A stretch of DNA of 64,000 nucleotides from an uncultured Clostridia bacterium (GTDB lineage Bacteria > Bacillota > Clostridia > TANB77 > CAG-465), in contig CALXES010000006.1 of the NCBI GenBank assembly GCA_944387385.1, forward strand, positions 37,354-101,353, given 5' to 3'. Below are positions 18,670-28,138 of the stretch, one piece after another. Numbering within the stretch: position 1 is the stretch's first letter; the number at the start of each line of letters is the position of its first letter. A model generated the notes under the pieces. That model searched no databases, was not told the DNA's origin, and worked only from the letters and a program-made list of their open reading frames with translations. The translations under genes and the position numbers were made by a program.

Positions 18670-21513
18670 ATGAATGATAAATTAATAATAAAAGGAGCAA
18701 AAGAGAATAATTTAAAAAATGTTAATCTTGAGATACCAAGAGATAAACTAGTTGTATTTACAGGTCTTTCTGGTTCTGGTAAATCATCTTTAGCATTTGA
18801 TACTATATATGCAGAGGGTCAAAGAAGATACGTAGAGTCTTTGTCTTCTTATGCAAGACAATTTTTAGGTATAATGGAAAAGCCAAATGTCGAATCCATT
18901 GAAGGTCTTTCTCCTGCAATATCTATAGACCAAAAAACTACATCTAAAAATCCACGTTCAACAGTTGGAACTGTAACAGAGATATATGATTATTTAAGAT
19001 TATTATATGCAAGGGTAGGGGTTCCTCACTGTCCAAAATGTGGTAAAAGGATTAAAAAGCAGACTGTTGATGAGATAGTAGATAAAATTCTTGAATACGA
19101 AGAAGGAACAAAAATATTAGTAATGACACCTGTAATTCGTGGTAGAAAAGGTGAGCATCAAAAGGTTTTAGAAAGGGTATTAAAAGATGGATATATACGT
19201 GCAAGAATTGATGGAGAGACATATGATCTTTCCGAGGAGATTCCATCTTTGGATAAGCAAAAAAAGCATAATATAGAAATAGTAATAGATAGATTAGTAG
19301 TAAGAGATGATATCAGAAAAAGACTTGCAGATTCAGTTGAGCTTGCACTAAAATATGCAGAGAATTTAGTTATAATTTCAAATTTAAATGATGGAACAGA
19401 GCAAGTGTTTTCTCAAAATTATGCTTGTGTTGATTGTGGTATAAGCTTAGAGGAATTGACTCCTAGAATGTTTTCTTTTAATAGTCCGTTTGGTGCATGC
19501 CCTTATTGTACAGGACTTGGAGAAATTCTAAGAATAGATCCAGAAAAGATAATTCCAAATAAAGAAAAGAGATTGTCAGACTATGGATGCATTAAGGGAT
19601 GGACTGGAGCTGGAAGTATAGTTGATGGTATAAGTAGAATGTATATTGAGGGACTATGTAAACATTATAATATAAATCCAGATTCTAAATTAAAAGATTT
19701 ACCGGATAGCTTTATGCAAGTTTTATTATATGGTAGCAATGGAGAAAAAATTAAGTTCTCACATAATGGTAAATCATTTCAAAGGGATTTTGAGGATGAA
19801 TTTGAGGGTGTTGTAAATACTTTACAAAGAAGATTTAATGAGACTAAATCCCAAGGAATGAAAACTTTTTATGAAGGGTTTATGTCTAGTTCTCATTGTG
19901 ACTATTGTAATGGAGCAAGATTAAAGAAAGAGTCTTTAGCAGTTACTATTGGAAGACTTAATATACATGAGCTTTGTAATAGAAATGTAGTAGATATAAA
20001 AAATTATATAAATAAAGAGTATGAAAGAATGAGTCAGAAAGATAGAATGGTTGCAGAACAAATTGTAAAGGAACTAAATTATAGGCTACAATTTTTAATA
20101 GATGTTGGACTTAGTTATTTAACTTTATCACGAAGCGCTGGAACACTATCTGGTGGAGAGTCACAAAGAATTAGACTTGCAACTCAAATAGGATCAGGTC
20201 TTACAGGTGTATTATATATATTAGATGAGCCAAGCATTGGATTGCATCAAAAAGACAATGAAAAACTTTTAAACTCATTAAAGAAAATGAGAGATCTTGG
20301 AAATACATTAATTGTAGTTGAGCATGATGAAGATACAATGAAAGAAGCAGACTATATAGTAGATATTGGACCAGGAGCTGGTGTACATGGAGGAAATGTG
20401 GTATTTGCTGGAAAACCTAAAGATATTTTAAATTGTGAAGAGTCTATTACTGGAAAGTATTTAAGTGGAAAGCTTAAAATTCCTGTACCAAAGGAAAGAA
20501 GAAAAACTAAAGTTGGATACCTTGAAGTAAAGGGTGCAAAAGAGCATAATTTAAAAGATATAGATGTGAAAATTCCTGTTGGAGTGTTTAACTGTGTTAC
20601 AGGAGTATCAGGTTCAGGAAAATCTACACTTGTAAATGAGATAATATGCAAAACTATGGAAAGAGACTTAAATAGAGCCTATACTAGACCAGGTAAATAT
20701 AAAAAGATAAAAGGACTTGAGTTTTTTGATAAAGTTATAAATATAGATCAATCTCCTATAGGAAGAACACCAAGATCAAATCCAGCAACATACACTGGAA
20801 TGTTTGATGCGATAAGAGACATTTTTGCTGGTACAAATGAAGCAAAACTTAGAGGGTATGCAAAAGGTAGATTTAGTTTTAATATTCCAGGTGGAAGATG
20901 TGAGGCTTGTTCAGGAGATGGAATAATAAAAATAGAGATGAATTTTTTACCAGATGTTTATGTTCCATGTGAAGTATGTAAAGGAAAGAGATATTCAAGA
21001 GAGACATTAGAGGTAAAATATAAAGGAAAGAGTATTAGTGATGTATTAGATATGACTGTTGAAGAAGGACTTGAATTTTTCAAAAATATACCTACAATAA
21101 AAAATAAGCTGCAAACTTTGATGGATGTTGGACTTGGATATATAAAAATAGGACAGCCTTCAACAACACTTTCAGGAGGAGAAGCTCAAAGAATAAAACT
21201 TGCAACAGAACTATCAAAACGTTCAACAGGAAAGACAATGTATATTTTAGATGAACCAACAACAGGTCTTCATATGGCTGATGTACATAAGCTTATAGAT
21301 ATTTTACAAAGACTTGTGGATGGAGGAAATACATTACTTGTAATTGAGCATAATTTAGATGTTATTAAAAGTGCAGACTATATAGTAGATTTAGGACCAG
21401 AAGGTGGAGATAATGGAGGAACAATAGTGGCTCAAGGAACTCCTGAACAACTCGCCAAAGTTAAAGAAAGCTATACAGGTGAATTTTTAAGAAAAATATT
21501 AAATAAAAAATAG
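18670..21513 (+). CDS. uvrA: Excinuclease ABC subunit A
   Basis: 947 aa. Duplicated ABC ATPase modules ([23 protein letters not shown] twice) and zinc-finger CxxC pairs. Confidence 0.97.
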   Translation: MNDKLIIKGAKENNLKNVNLEIPRDKLVVFTGLSGSGKSSLAFDTIYAEGQRRYVESLSSYARQFLGIMEKPNVESIEGLSPAISIDQKTTSKNPRSTVGTVTEIYDYLRLLYARVGVPHCPKCGKRIKKQTVDEIVDKILEYEEGTKILVMTPVIRGRKGEHQKVLERVLKDGYIRARIDGETYDLSEEIPSLDKQKKHNIEIVIDRLVVRDDIRKRLADSVELALKYAENLVIISNLNDGTEQVFSQNYACVDCGISLEELTPRMFSFNSPFGACPYCTGLGEILRIDPEKIIPNKEKRLSDYGCIKGWTGAGSIVDGISRMYIEGLCKHYNINPDSKLKDLPDSFMQVLLYGSNGEKIKFSHNGKSFQRDFEDEFEGVVNTLQRRFNETKSQGMKTFYEGFMSSSHCDYCNGARLKKESLAVTIGRLNIHELCNRNVVDIKNYINKEYERMSQKDRMVAEQIVKELNYRLQFLIDVGLSYLTLSRSAGTLSGGESQRIRLATQIGSGLTGVLYILDEPSIGLHQKDNEKLLNSLKKMRDLGNTLIVVEHDEDTMKEADYIVDIGPGAGVHGGNVVFAGKPKDILNCEESITGKYLSGKLKIPVPKERRKTKVGYLEVKGAKEHNLKDIDVKIPVGVFNCVTGVSGSGKSTLVNEIICKTMERDLNRAYTRPGKYKKIKGLEFFDKVINIDQSPIGRTPRSNPATYTGMFDAIRDIFAGTNEAKLRGYAKGRFSFNIPGGRCEACSGDGIIKIEMNFLPDVYVPCEVCKGKRYSRETLEVKYKGKSISDVLDMTVEEGLEFFKNIPTIKNKLQTLMDVGLGYIKIGQPSTTLSGGEAQRIKLATELSKRSTGKTMYILDEPTTGLHMADVHKLIDILQRLVDGGNTLLVIEHNLDVIKSADYIVDLGPEGGDNGGTIVAQGTPEQLAKVKESYTGEFLRKILNKK

Positions 21514-21514
21514 G

Positions 21515-21543
21515 AAAAGTGGAAGACTTTGTCTTCCACTTTT
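21515..21543. terminator. Bidirectional terminator between uvrA and the minus-strand micro-ORFs
   Basis: Perfect 13-bp stem AAAAGTGGAAGAC / GTCTTCCACTTTT. Confidence 0.85.
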
Positions 21544-21558
21544 ATGTATTATGTGCAA

Positions 21559-21717
21559 TTAGCAACAACAGCAACAAAGAACGATTATGATAAGTATTAT
21601 CCAAATACAGCAACAGTTTCCGCCTCCGAATAATCCATTACCACCAAATCCGCAATTACCGCATCCGTTACATCCGCAACCTCCGCAGTTATTACATCCG
21701 CATCTTTCATCCATCAT
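21559..21717 (-). CDS. 52-aa Cys/Gly-rich micro-protein with hydrophobic C-terminal segment (architecture resembles the YjcZ / tiny-TM family)
   Basis: Hand translation gives MMDERCGCNNCGGCGCNGCGNCGFGGNGLFGGGNCCCIWIILIIIVLCCCCC. SD GAGAGGTG lies 8 nt upstream of the ATG and the terminator 21515-21543 is downstream. Not in the ORF track because it is under 60 aa. Confidence 0.65.
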   Translation of the reverse strand: MMDERCGCNNCGGCGCNGCGNCGFGGNGLFGGGNCCCIWIILIIIVLCCCCC

Positions 21718-21750
21718 CTAAATTCACCTCTCTTTGTTATATATAAACTT

Positions 21751-21882
21751 CTAATTACTTTGAAAAAAAGTATCGAAGTTTAATGGTGTAGATGAATTCT
21801 TTTCTTGACATATAAAATACAGAATAATAAGTATAAGTACTAGGACTATTAGCCATACTAGATTATCACTATCTATGCACAT
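21751..21882 (-). CDS. 43-aa single-TM micro-protein
   Basis: Hand translation gives MCIDSDNLVWLIVLVLILIILYFICQEKNSSTPLNFDTFFQSN. SD AAGGAG lies 8 nt upstream. It ends 33 nt before the Cys/Gly-rich ORF, so the two are probably co-transcribed. Confidence 0.5.
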   Translation of the reverse strand: MCIDSDNLVWLIVLVLILIILYFICQEKNSSTPLNFDTFFQSN

Positions 21883-22052
21883 ACATTTCACTCCTTTGTT
21901 TGTTGAGCTTTACTCAACTTAATATACTATATTCTAAATATATTTTTTTGTTACAAAATAAAAATACAAAAATATAAAAGATACAATTAGTTCTTGAATA
22001 ATTATGTTACGTTATGATATAATCAAAACGGATTAAAAAAGGTGGAATAAGT

Positions 22053-23408
22053 TTGAAAAAGAATGATGAAATTGAATTAGATATCATAGATAACGGTATA
22101 AACTTAGAGGGAATTGCAAGAGAAGATAATAAAGTTATATTTGTACCAGGTGCAATTAAAGGAGAAAAAGTGTTAGTTAAAATTATAAAGGAGAATTCTT
22201 CATATTGCATAGGAAAAATAGAAAATATAATAAAAAAGAGTAAAGATAGGCAAGAGCCTTTTTGTAGTGTATATAAAAGATGTGGAGGGTGTTCGGGACA
22301 GCACATAAGTTACCAAAGGCAATTAGAAATAAAAAGAGAGATAGTAAAAAATACATTGTCAAAGCAAAAAGTAGAGTATAAATCTTTAGATAATGTTATT
22401 GGTATGGGTATACCTTTAAATTACAGAAATAAGGCTCAGTATCCTGTAAGAAAAACAGTTGATGGTAAAAGTAAAATAGGATTTTATGCTAAAAGAAGTC
22501 ATGTCATTGTAGAAAATGAAGAATGTCTTATACAAAATGAAGAAATAGATAAACTATCTAAAGAAATATTTAAAATACTTCTTTTAAAGGGATTTAGTGG
22601 ATATGATGAGCAAACAGGAAATGGAGACATAAGACATATACTAATTCGTAGAGGATATCATACTTCAGAAATTATGGTTGTAATTGTTGTAAATAATAAA
22701 GATATTTTTGAAGATGTAAGAATGGAAGAGATTGTAAATATTCTAAAAGATAATGATTCAATAAAAACTATAGTTTTAAATTTAAATTCATCAAAGACAA
22801 ATGAGATACTTGGAAAAGATGAAAAAATAATTTATGGGAATGGATATATTACAGATTATATTGGAAAATATAGGTATTATATTAGCTCAAAATCTTTTTT
22901 CCAAGTAAATACAATACAAGCAGAAGTACTATATAACATTTTAAAAGAAAAGTTAAAATTAAAGGGAAATGAAATTCTTTTTGATTTGTACAGTGGTGTT
23001 GGATCAATAGGAATATTTTTAAGTGATAGTGTAAAACTTGTCTATGGTATAGAGATTGAAAATCAAGCAGTAGAAATGGCAAATATGAATTTAAAATTAA
23101 ATGATATTAATAATGCTGAGTATATTGCAGGAAGTGTAGAAGATAAAATTGTTGAATTTGAAAACAGAAATATTAAACCAGATGTAATAGTTGTAGATCC
23201 ACCTAGAAAAGGTTTGGATTTAGAAAGTATTGATTATATTATTAAATTTAGACCTAAAAAAATTGGATATGTTAGCTGTAATCCTGCAACTTTTGCAAGA
23301 GATTTAAAATTACTTAGTCAATATTATGCAGTTGATACTATTACACCAGTTGATTTGTTTCCAAACAGTGAGCACATAGAATGTGTTACAGTACTTAATC
23401 TTAAATAG
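22053..23408 (+). CDS. rlmD: 23S rRNA (uracil-C5)-methyltransferase RlmD/RumA family
   Basis: TRAM-like N-terminus, Fe-S cysteines (CSVYKRCGGCSGQH), a SAM motif, and a C-terminal catalytic SCNP. TTG start with SD AAGGTGGA. Confidence 0.85.
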   Translation: MKKNDEIELDIIDNGINLEGIAREDNKVIFVPGAIKGEKVLVKIIKENSSYCIGKIENIIKKSKDRQEPFCSVYKRCGGCSGQHISYQRQLEIKREIVKNTLSKQKVEYKSLDNVIGMGIPLNYRNKAQYPVRKTVDGKSKIGFYAKRSHVIVENEECLIQNEEIDKLSKEIFKILLLKGFSGYDEQTGNGDIRHILIRRGYHTSEIMVVIVVNNKDIFEDVRMEEIVNILKDNDSIKTIVLNLNSSKTNEILGKDEKIIYGNGYITDYIGKYRYYISSKSFFQVNTIQAEVLYNILKEKLKLKGNEILFDLYSGVGSIGIFLSDSVKLVYGIEIENQAVEMANMNLKLNDINNAEYIAGSVEDKIVEFENRNIKPDVIVVDPPRKGLDLESIDYIIKFRPKKIGYVSCNPATFARDLKLLSQYYAVDTITPVDLFPNSEHIECVTVLNLK

Positions 23409-23428
23409 TATTTAGAAAGGAAATTATT

Positions 23429-23944
23429 ATGATAATTTTGATTGCAGGTGCATCTCATACTGGAAAAACATTACTTGCTCAAAGGCTACTAGAGAAATAT
23501 AATTATCCGTATTTATCCATAGATCATTTAAAGATGGGACTTATTAGAAGTAAAAATACCAATTTAACCCCAGATGATAGTGATGAAAAATTAACTAAAT
23601 ATTTATGGCCTATAGTAAGAGAAATAATTAAGACTAATATAGAGAATGATCAAAATTTAATAGTTGAAGGATGCTATATTCCTTTTAATTATAAAGAAGA
23701 TTTTAAGGGAGAATATTTAGACAAAATTAAATATGTTTGCTTAATTATGACTAATAAATACATAGATGAACATTATAATGATATAGTAAAGTTTGAAAAT
23801 AGAATAGAAAAGCGATTATATAAAGCAGATATTAGCATGAAAAAGTTAAAAGAAGAAAATGAAAATAATTTAAAAATGTGTAAAAAATATAATAATGAGT
23901 ATATATTAATAAATGAAAAATATGATGTGGATTTTAAAATATAG
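23429..23944 (+). CDS. P-loop kinase-like protein (AAA/2-phosphoglycerate-kinase-like)
   Basis: Walker A AGASHTGKT at the N-terminus. 171 aa. Confidence 0.5.
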   Translation: MIILIAGASHTGKTLLAQRLLEKYNYPYLSIDHLKMGLIRSKNTNLTPDDSDEKLTKYLWPIVREIIKTNIENDQNLIVEGCYIPFNYKEDFKGEYLDKIKYVCLIMTNKYIDEHYNDIVKFENRIEKRLYKADISMKKLKEENENNLKMCKKYNNEYILINEKYDVDFKI

Positions 23945-23958
23945 TTTAGGAGGATATA

Positions 23959-24378
23959 ATGGAATACAGAAGATTTAATAATACAATTGTTTGTAGAATT
24001 GATAGAGGTGAAGAAATACTTGAAAAAATAAAAGAGATTGCATTAAAAGAAAAAATAAAGCTAGCAAATATTAATGCACTTGGTGCAACTAATGAATTTA
24101 CTGTTGGGGTTTTTAAAACAGATGAGAAAAAATACTATTCAAATGAATTTAGAGGAGACTTTGAAATTGTTTCTCTTACTGGAACAATTAATACTATGAA
24201 TGGAGAATTTTATACTCATATTCATATGAGTGCAGGCAATGAAAAAGGTGAGGTTTTTGGTGGACATTTAAATAGAGCAATTGTTAGTGCTACATGTGAA
24301 ATGGTAATAAATATAATAGATGGAGTAGTAGACAGAGAGTTTAATGATGAAATAGGATTAAATTTATTTAAATTTTAG
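23959..24378 (+). CDS. PPC (DUF296) domain protein
   Basis: 139 aa. The pattern ...ALGA...GTI......H.H......G...GGHL is typical of PCC/DUF296 domains. Confidence 0.6.
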   Translation: MEYRRFNNTIVCRIDRGEEILEKIKEIALKEKIKLANINALGATNEFTVGVFKTDEKKYYSNEFRGDFEIVSLTGTINTMNGEFYTHIHMSAGNEKGEVFGGHLNRAIVSATCEMVINIIDGVVDREFNDEIGLNLFKF

Positions 24379-24407
24379 TAAAAATAGTGATTGTTTTGAA
24401 TTTAATT

Positions 24408-24442
24408 AAAAGTAAGTAATTAGTTGCTAATTACTTACTTTT
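24408..24442 (+). terminator. Rho-independent terminator (15-bp stem)
   Basis: AAAAGTAAGTAATTA / TAATTACTTACTTTT with loop GTTGC. Confidence 0.75.
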
Positions 24443-24478
24443 ATGTTATTATACGAATATCAATATATGGGAGGGAAA

Positions 24479-25963
24479 ATGTCTTTAATAAGTGTAAAAA
24501 ATTTAACTTTTAGATACGATGGAAGTATAGATAATGTATTTGAAAATGTTTCTTTCAATATAGATACTGAATGGAAACTTGGTCTTATTGGGAAAAATGG
24601 AAAGGGCAAAACAACATTTTTAAAATTATTACTTGGTAAATATGAGTATAATGGTAGTATTTCAAAAAATGTAGATTTTGATTATTTTCCATTTGAGGTG
24701 GAAAATAAAAATAGAATGGCAATTGAAATTGTAAATGAAATTGCTCCTAGTGTAGAAGATTGGGAAATAATAAAAGAAATAAATTTAGTAAATGCAGATA
24801 GTAGTATATTATATAGAAATTTTAATGTTTTAAGTGGTGGAGAGCAAGTAAAAATACTTTTAATTAGTCTTTTTTTAAAAGGTAGTAATTTTTTACTTAT
24901 TGATGAACCTACTAATCATTTAGATAATGAGACAAGAAATAACTTAGCTAATTATTTAAAAAATAAATCTGGATTTATTTTAGTATCACATGATAGAAAA
25001 TTTTTAGATAAAGTAGTTGATCATATAATTTGTATAAATAATACAAATATTGATATTCAAAAAGGAAATTTTTCTACATGGAAAGAAAATAAAGATAGAC
25101 AGGACAACTTTGAAATAATGCAAAATGAAAAGTTAAAAAAAGATATAACAAGGCTTGAAAATGCAGCAAGAAGTACTTCAATTTGGTCTGATAAGGTAGA
25201 AAAGTCTAAATATAAGACTATTGATTCAGAAGCAAGTATTGATAGAGGATATGTTGGTCACCAGTCTGCAAAAATGATGAAAAGATCTAAAGTTTTAGAA
25301 AAAAGAATCGAAAAAGCAATAGATGAAAAATCTTTATTACTTAATAATATAGATAGAAATGATTCACTTAAAATTATTCCTTTGGAATCTAGAAAAAATC
25401 CAGTAGTTTTAGCAGATAATTTCCAGATAAAATATAACGATAAAGCTATTTTTAACAAGATATCTTTTGAAGTAAATAATGGAGATAGACTTGCAATAAC
25501 TGGAAAAAATGGAATTGGAAAATCTAGCATTTTAAAATTAATCTTAGGTGAGAGAATAGAATATAATGGCTTATTTAAAACCATAAATGAATTAAAAATA
25601 TCATATGTTTCTCAAAGTACAGAAAATTTAAAGGGAACAGTTAAAGAATATGCTAAGGAAACTCATGTTGATGAAGGCATTTTTAGAGCAATGTTATCTA
25701 AAATGGGAATATCAAATATAGAGTTAGAAAAAGATATGAATAATATGAGTGAAGGTCAAAAAAAGAAAATATTAATTGCAAGAAGTATATCAGAACAAGC
25801 AAATCTTTATGTGTGGGATGAGCCATTAAATTATATAGATATATTAACAAGAGAACAAATAGAAGAAGCAATACTTAAATATTGTCCTACACTTATTTTT
25901 GTAGAACATGATGAGACTTTTGTTGAAAACATTGCAACAAAAATTATACATTTAGAGAGATAA
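24479..25963 (+). CDS. ABC-F ATPase, Lsa-like (candidate ribosomal protection protein)
   Basis: Two ABC ATPase domains with no TM segment, joined by a charged linker. The N-terminal half resembles my recollection of Lsa-family ABC-F proteins (WKLGLIG.NG.GKTT, LSGGE, LIDEPTNHLD, ILVSHDR.F.D.VVDHI). Start set to the ATG at 24479 with SD GGGAGGG. Confidence 0.7.
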   Translation: MSLISVKNLTFRYDGSIDNVFENVSFNIDTEWKLGLIGKNGKGKTTFLKLLLGKYEYNGSISKNVDFDYFPFEVENKNRMAIEIVNEIAPSVEDWEIIKEINLVNADSSILYRNFNVLSGGEQVKILLISLFLKGSNFLLIDEPTNHLDNETRNNLANYLKNKSGFILVSHDRKFLDKVVDHIICINNTNIDIQKGNFSTWKENKDRQDNFEIMQNEKLKKDITRLENAARSTSIWSDKVEKSKYKTIDSEASIDRGYVGHQSAKMMKRSKVLEKRIEKAIDEKSLLLNNIDRNDSLKIIPLESRKNPVVLADNFQIKYNDKAIFNKISFEVNNGDRLAITGKNGIGKSSILKLILGERIEYNGLFKTINELKISYVSQSTENLKGTVKEYAKETHVDEGIFRAMLSKMGISNIELEKDMNNMSEGQKKKILIARSISEQANLYVWDEPLNYIDILTREQIEEAILKYCPTLIFVEHDETFVENIATKIIHLER

Positions 25964-25981
25964 GGCTTTGGAGGAAATAAT

Positions 25982-26395
25982 ATGAAAAAATTAAATGTTA
26001 TTATTGTATATGATAAAGATGAAAGTAAAATATTAATGTGTAAAAGAGAAAAAGAACCATATAAGGGTATGTTTAACTTAGTTGGAGGAAAAGTAGAAGA
26101 AAATGAAAATGAGCTTCATGCTGCATATAGAGAGTTAGAAGAAGAGACAGGAATAACAGCCAAGGATATTAATCTTGTAAACGTAATGAATTTTGAATAT
26201 AAGATGTCAGATATTGAACTTGAATTATACGCTGGAAAATTAAATAAAGATGTAGAAGTTGTAGAAGAGGTAAATAAATTATACTGGATGGATAGTAAAG
26301 AAAATTTCTTTGACTTGGAAAAATTTGCTGGTGAAGGTAACATTGGTCATATGTTAAAACAAGTGGAACTATATAAAAGCAAAATTTTTATATAA
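25982..26395 (+). CDS. NUDIX hydrolase
   Basis: Nudix box GGKVEENENELHAAYRELEEETGI. Confidence 0.85.
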   Translation: MKKLNVIIVYDKDESKILMCKREKEPYKGMFNLVGGKVEENENELHAAYRELEEETGITAKDINLVNVMNFEYKMSDIELELYAGKLNKDVEVVEEVNKLYWMDSKENFFDLEKFAGEGNIGHMLKQVELYKSKIFI

Positions 26396-26427
26396 AAAGG
26401 GTGGAATTTTAATTCTAGCCTTTTTTT
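26396..26427 (+). terminator. Probable rho-independent terminator
   Basis: Imperfect stem GGGTGGAATT / AATTCTAGCC followed by T7. Confidence 0.55.
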
Positions 26428-26457
26428 GCGCTTAAAACCGTGATATAATTCGTAATT

Positions 26458-26522
26458 GCAACCAATAATTTACAAAATACAACTAAAAATTGGTAGAACG
26501 CAACCGATAGAATTGGTATAAT
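26458..26522 (+). promoter_or_regulatory. Putative promoter with repeated GCAACCrAT / AATTGGTA motifs (candidate operator of the downstream XRE protein)
   Basis: GCAACCAAT (26458) and GCAACCGAT (26500). AATTGGTA at 26488 and 26511. ACCGAT-aga-ATTGGT is an imperfect dyad abutting the extended -10 TGGTATAAT (26514-26522). Confidence 0.4.
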
Positions 26523-26548
26523 TTCATTGTAAAAGGAGGAATTTATGT

Positions 26549-28096
26549 ATGAAATTACCAGATAATTTAAAAAGGATTAGAAAAGAAAACAATTTATCTC
26601 AAGAACAGCTTGCAGAAAAATTAGGTGTATCTAGACAGGCAGTTTCAAAATGGGAATCAGGACAAAGCTATCCAGAAATGGATAAAGTATTAAATATTTG
26701 TAAGCTATTTAATTATAATATAGATGAATTACTTAATGAGAATGTTAAAGAAGTAAGAGAAGAGACTCAATCAAAAAAGAATTTAGATAAATTTGTAAAA
26801 GACTTTTTTAATTATATTACTAAGACAGCAGATATGTTTGCTAGCATGAAATTTAAGCAAAGAGTAAAGTGCATTATAGAGCAAATTATAACTGCTTTGG
26901 TTATTGTAATAATTGTAAGTATAATTGGAGCGATAGGGGGATCTATTTTTGAAAGCTTATTTGGATGGATTAATAATAATGTATATTCAGTACTTAGAAG
27001 TATAGTTTCTTCAATTTATTTAATATTTAGTCTAGTATTAGGAATTGTTGTTTTACTACATATATTTAAGGTAAGATATTTAGATTACTATGATATTATT
27101 GTAGAAAAAGAAGAGGAAAAAAATAATGAAGCAAATGATGATGTTGAAAAATCAAATAATGATATACAAAGTGCAAAACTAATTTTAGATAATAAAAGAG
27201 AAAAGATAATAATAAGAGATCCTAAGCATAGCGAATCTAAATTTTTGACTGCAATTGTTAAGCTTATTATGATTGGAATAAAAGCATTTGTTGGCTTTTG
27301 CACTTTGATGTTTGTATTTTCACTTGTGTGTTTAATAATAGCTCTTGTATGTAGTTTTATGTTTATAAAGACTGGAATAATTTTTGTTGGAGCTTTAATT
27401 GGAATTTTGGCGGCAATTCTTGCAAATGTTATTATAATAGAGTTAGTATATAATTTTATAGTAAATAGAAAAACATCTAAAACTAGAATAGGGATATGTT
27501 TTCTTTCAGCTATTATAGGAGTAGGCCTTGGAATTGGACTTGTACTTGTTGGTGTAAAAGATTTTAATTATATAGAAACAATAGATGAAGCAACAGCCAA
27601 GAAAACTACTGTAGAGTTTAATATGGAAGACAATACTATGATAGATACATATCAAGATATTGAATTTATAGAAGAAGATAGAGATAATATATTAATAGAA
27701 GTTGAACACTCAGAGTATTTTGAGCCAAGAATTAGAAAAACAAACAACGTAATTTCTGTATATAATTATCAAACTGATTCATCAGGATTTGAATTGATTC
27801 GTCAAAATATAGATGATATAAATAATAAACAGATTATTAATTATTATTCTACAAAAGTATATGTACATGCATCAAAGGAAAATATTGAAAAACTTGAGCA
27901 AAATAGTAGTGAGAGAGCAAGAAAGTATAGAGAATATGAGCAGAGAATATCAGATTTAGAAGATGAAATTACAGAACTTGAAGATACAATAAATAATAAT
28001 GAAGAAAAAATAACAGAACTTGAAAATACAATAGATGAAAAAGATAGTCAAATAGAGTCATTAGAAGATACAATAAACGAATATAGATCTATCTAA
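26549..28096 (+). CDS. Membrane-anchored XRE-family HTH protein with C-terminal coiled-coil
   Basis: N-terminal HTH LSQEQLAEKLGVSRQAVSKWESG, several TM segments, and a C-terminal heptad-like acidic repeat (ISDLEDEITELEDTINNNEEKITELENTIDEKDSQIESLEDTINEY). Confidence 0.75.
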   Translation: MKLPDNLKRIRKENNLSQEQLAEKLGVSRQAVSKWESGQSYPEMDKVLNICKLFNYNIDELLNENVKEVREETQSKKNLDKFVKDFFNYITKTADMFASMKFKQRVKCIIEQIITALVIVIIVSIIGAIGGSIFESLFGWINNNVYSVLRSIVSSIYLIFSLVLGIVVLLHIFKVRYLDYYDIIVEKEEEKNNEANDDVEKSNNDIQSAKLILDNKREKIIIRDPKHSESKFLTAIVKLIMIGIKAFVGFCTLMFVFSLVCLIIALVCSFMFIKTGIIFVGALIGILAAILANVIIIELVYNFIVNRKTSKTRIGICFLSAIIGVGLGIGLVLVGVKDFNYIETIDEATAKKTTVEFNMEDNTMIDTYQDIEFIEEDRDNILIEVEHSEYFEPRIRKTNNVISVYNYQTDSSGFELIRQNIDDINNKQIINYYSTKVYVHASKENIEKLEQNSSERARKYREYEQRISDLEDEITELEDTINNNEEKITELENTIDEKDSQIESLEDTINEYRSI

Positions 28097-28102
28097 ATAA
28101 TT

Positions 28103-28134
28103 AAAGAGTGAATAATTTTTTATTCACTCTTTTT
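28103..28134 (+). terminator. Rho-independent terminator
   Basis: Perfect 12-bp stem AAAGAGTGAATA / TATTCACTCTTT plus a T-run. Confidence 0.8.
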
Positions 28135-28138
28135 GCTA

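Noticed and set aside
22007-22306. 99-aa minus-strand ORF overlapping the rlmD start.
   Set aside because: It is antisense to the TRAM-domain coding part of rlmD and has no SD.
24443-24478. In-frame N-terminal extension (MLLYEYQYMGGK) of the ABC-F ORF. I considered it as a possible leader peptide.
   Set aside because: No stop codon separates it from the main ORF, and there is no SD before 24443. The ATG at 24479 has the GGGAGGG SD. I trimmed similar extensions at 35610-35666 (clpB), 32110-32208 (ttcA-like), 32993-33067 (GNAT), 47223-47243, 56905-56913, 62189-62224 and 5863-5883.
25258-25584. 108-aa minus-strand ORF. Similar antisense ORFs occur at 11086-11406, 12791-13102, 20352-20651, 31862-32179, 45596-45901 and 48268-48576.
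   Set aside because: All lie fully inside well-supported plus-strand genes (ABC-F, mfd, uvrA, tcdA, cadA, DedA-like) and lack ribosome-binding sites.
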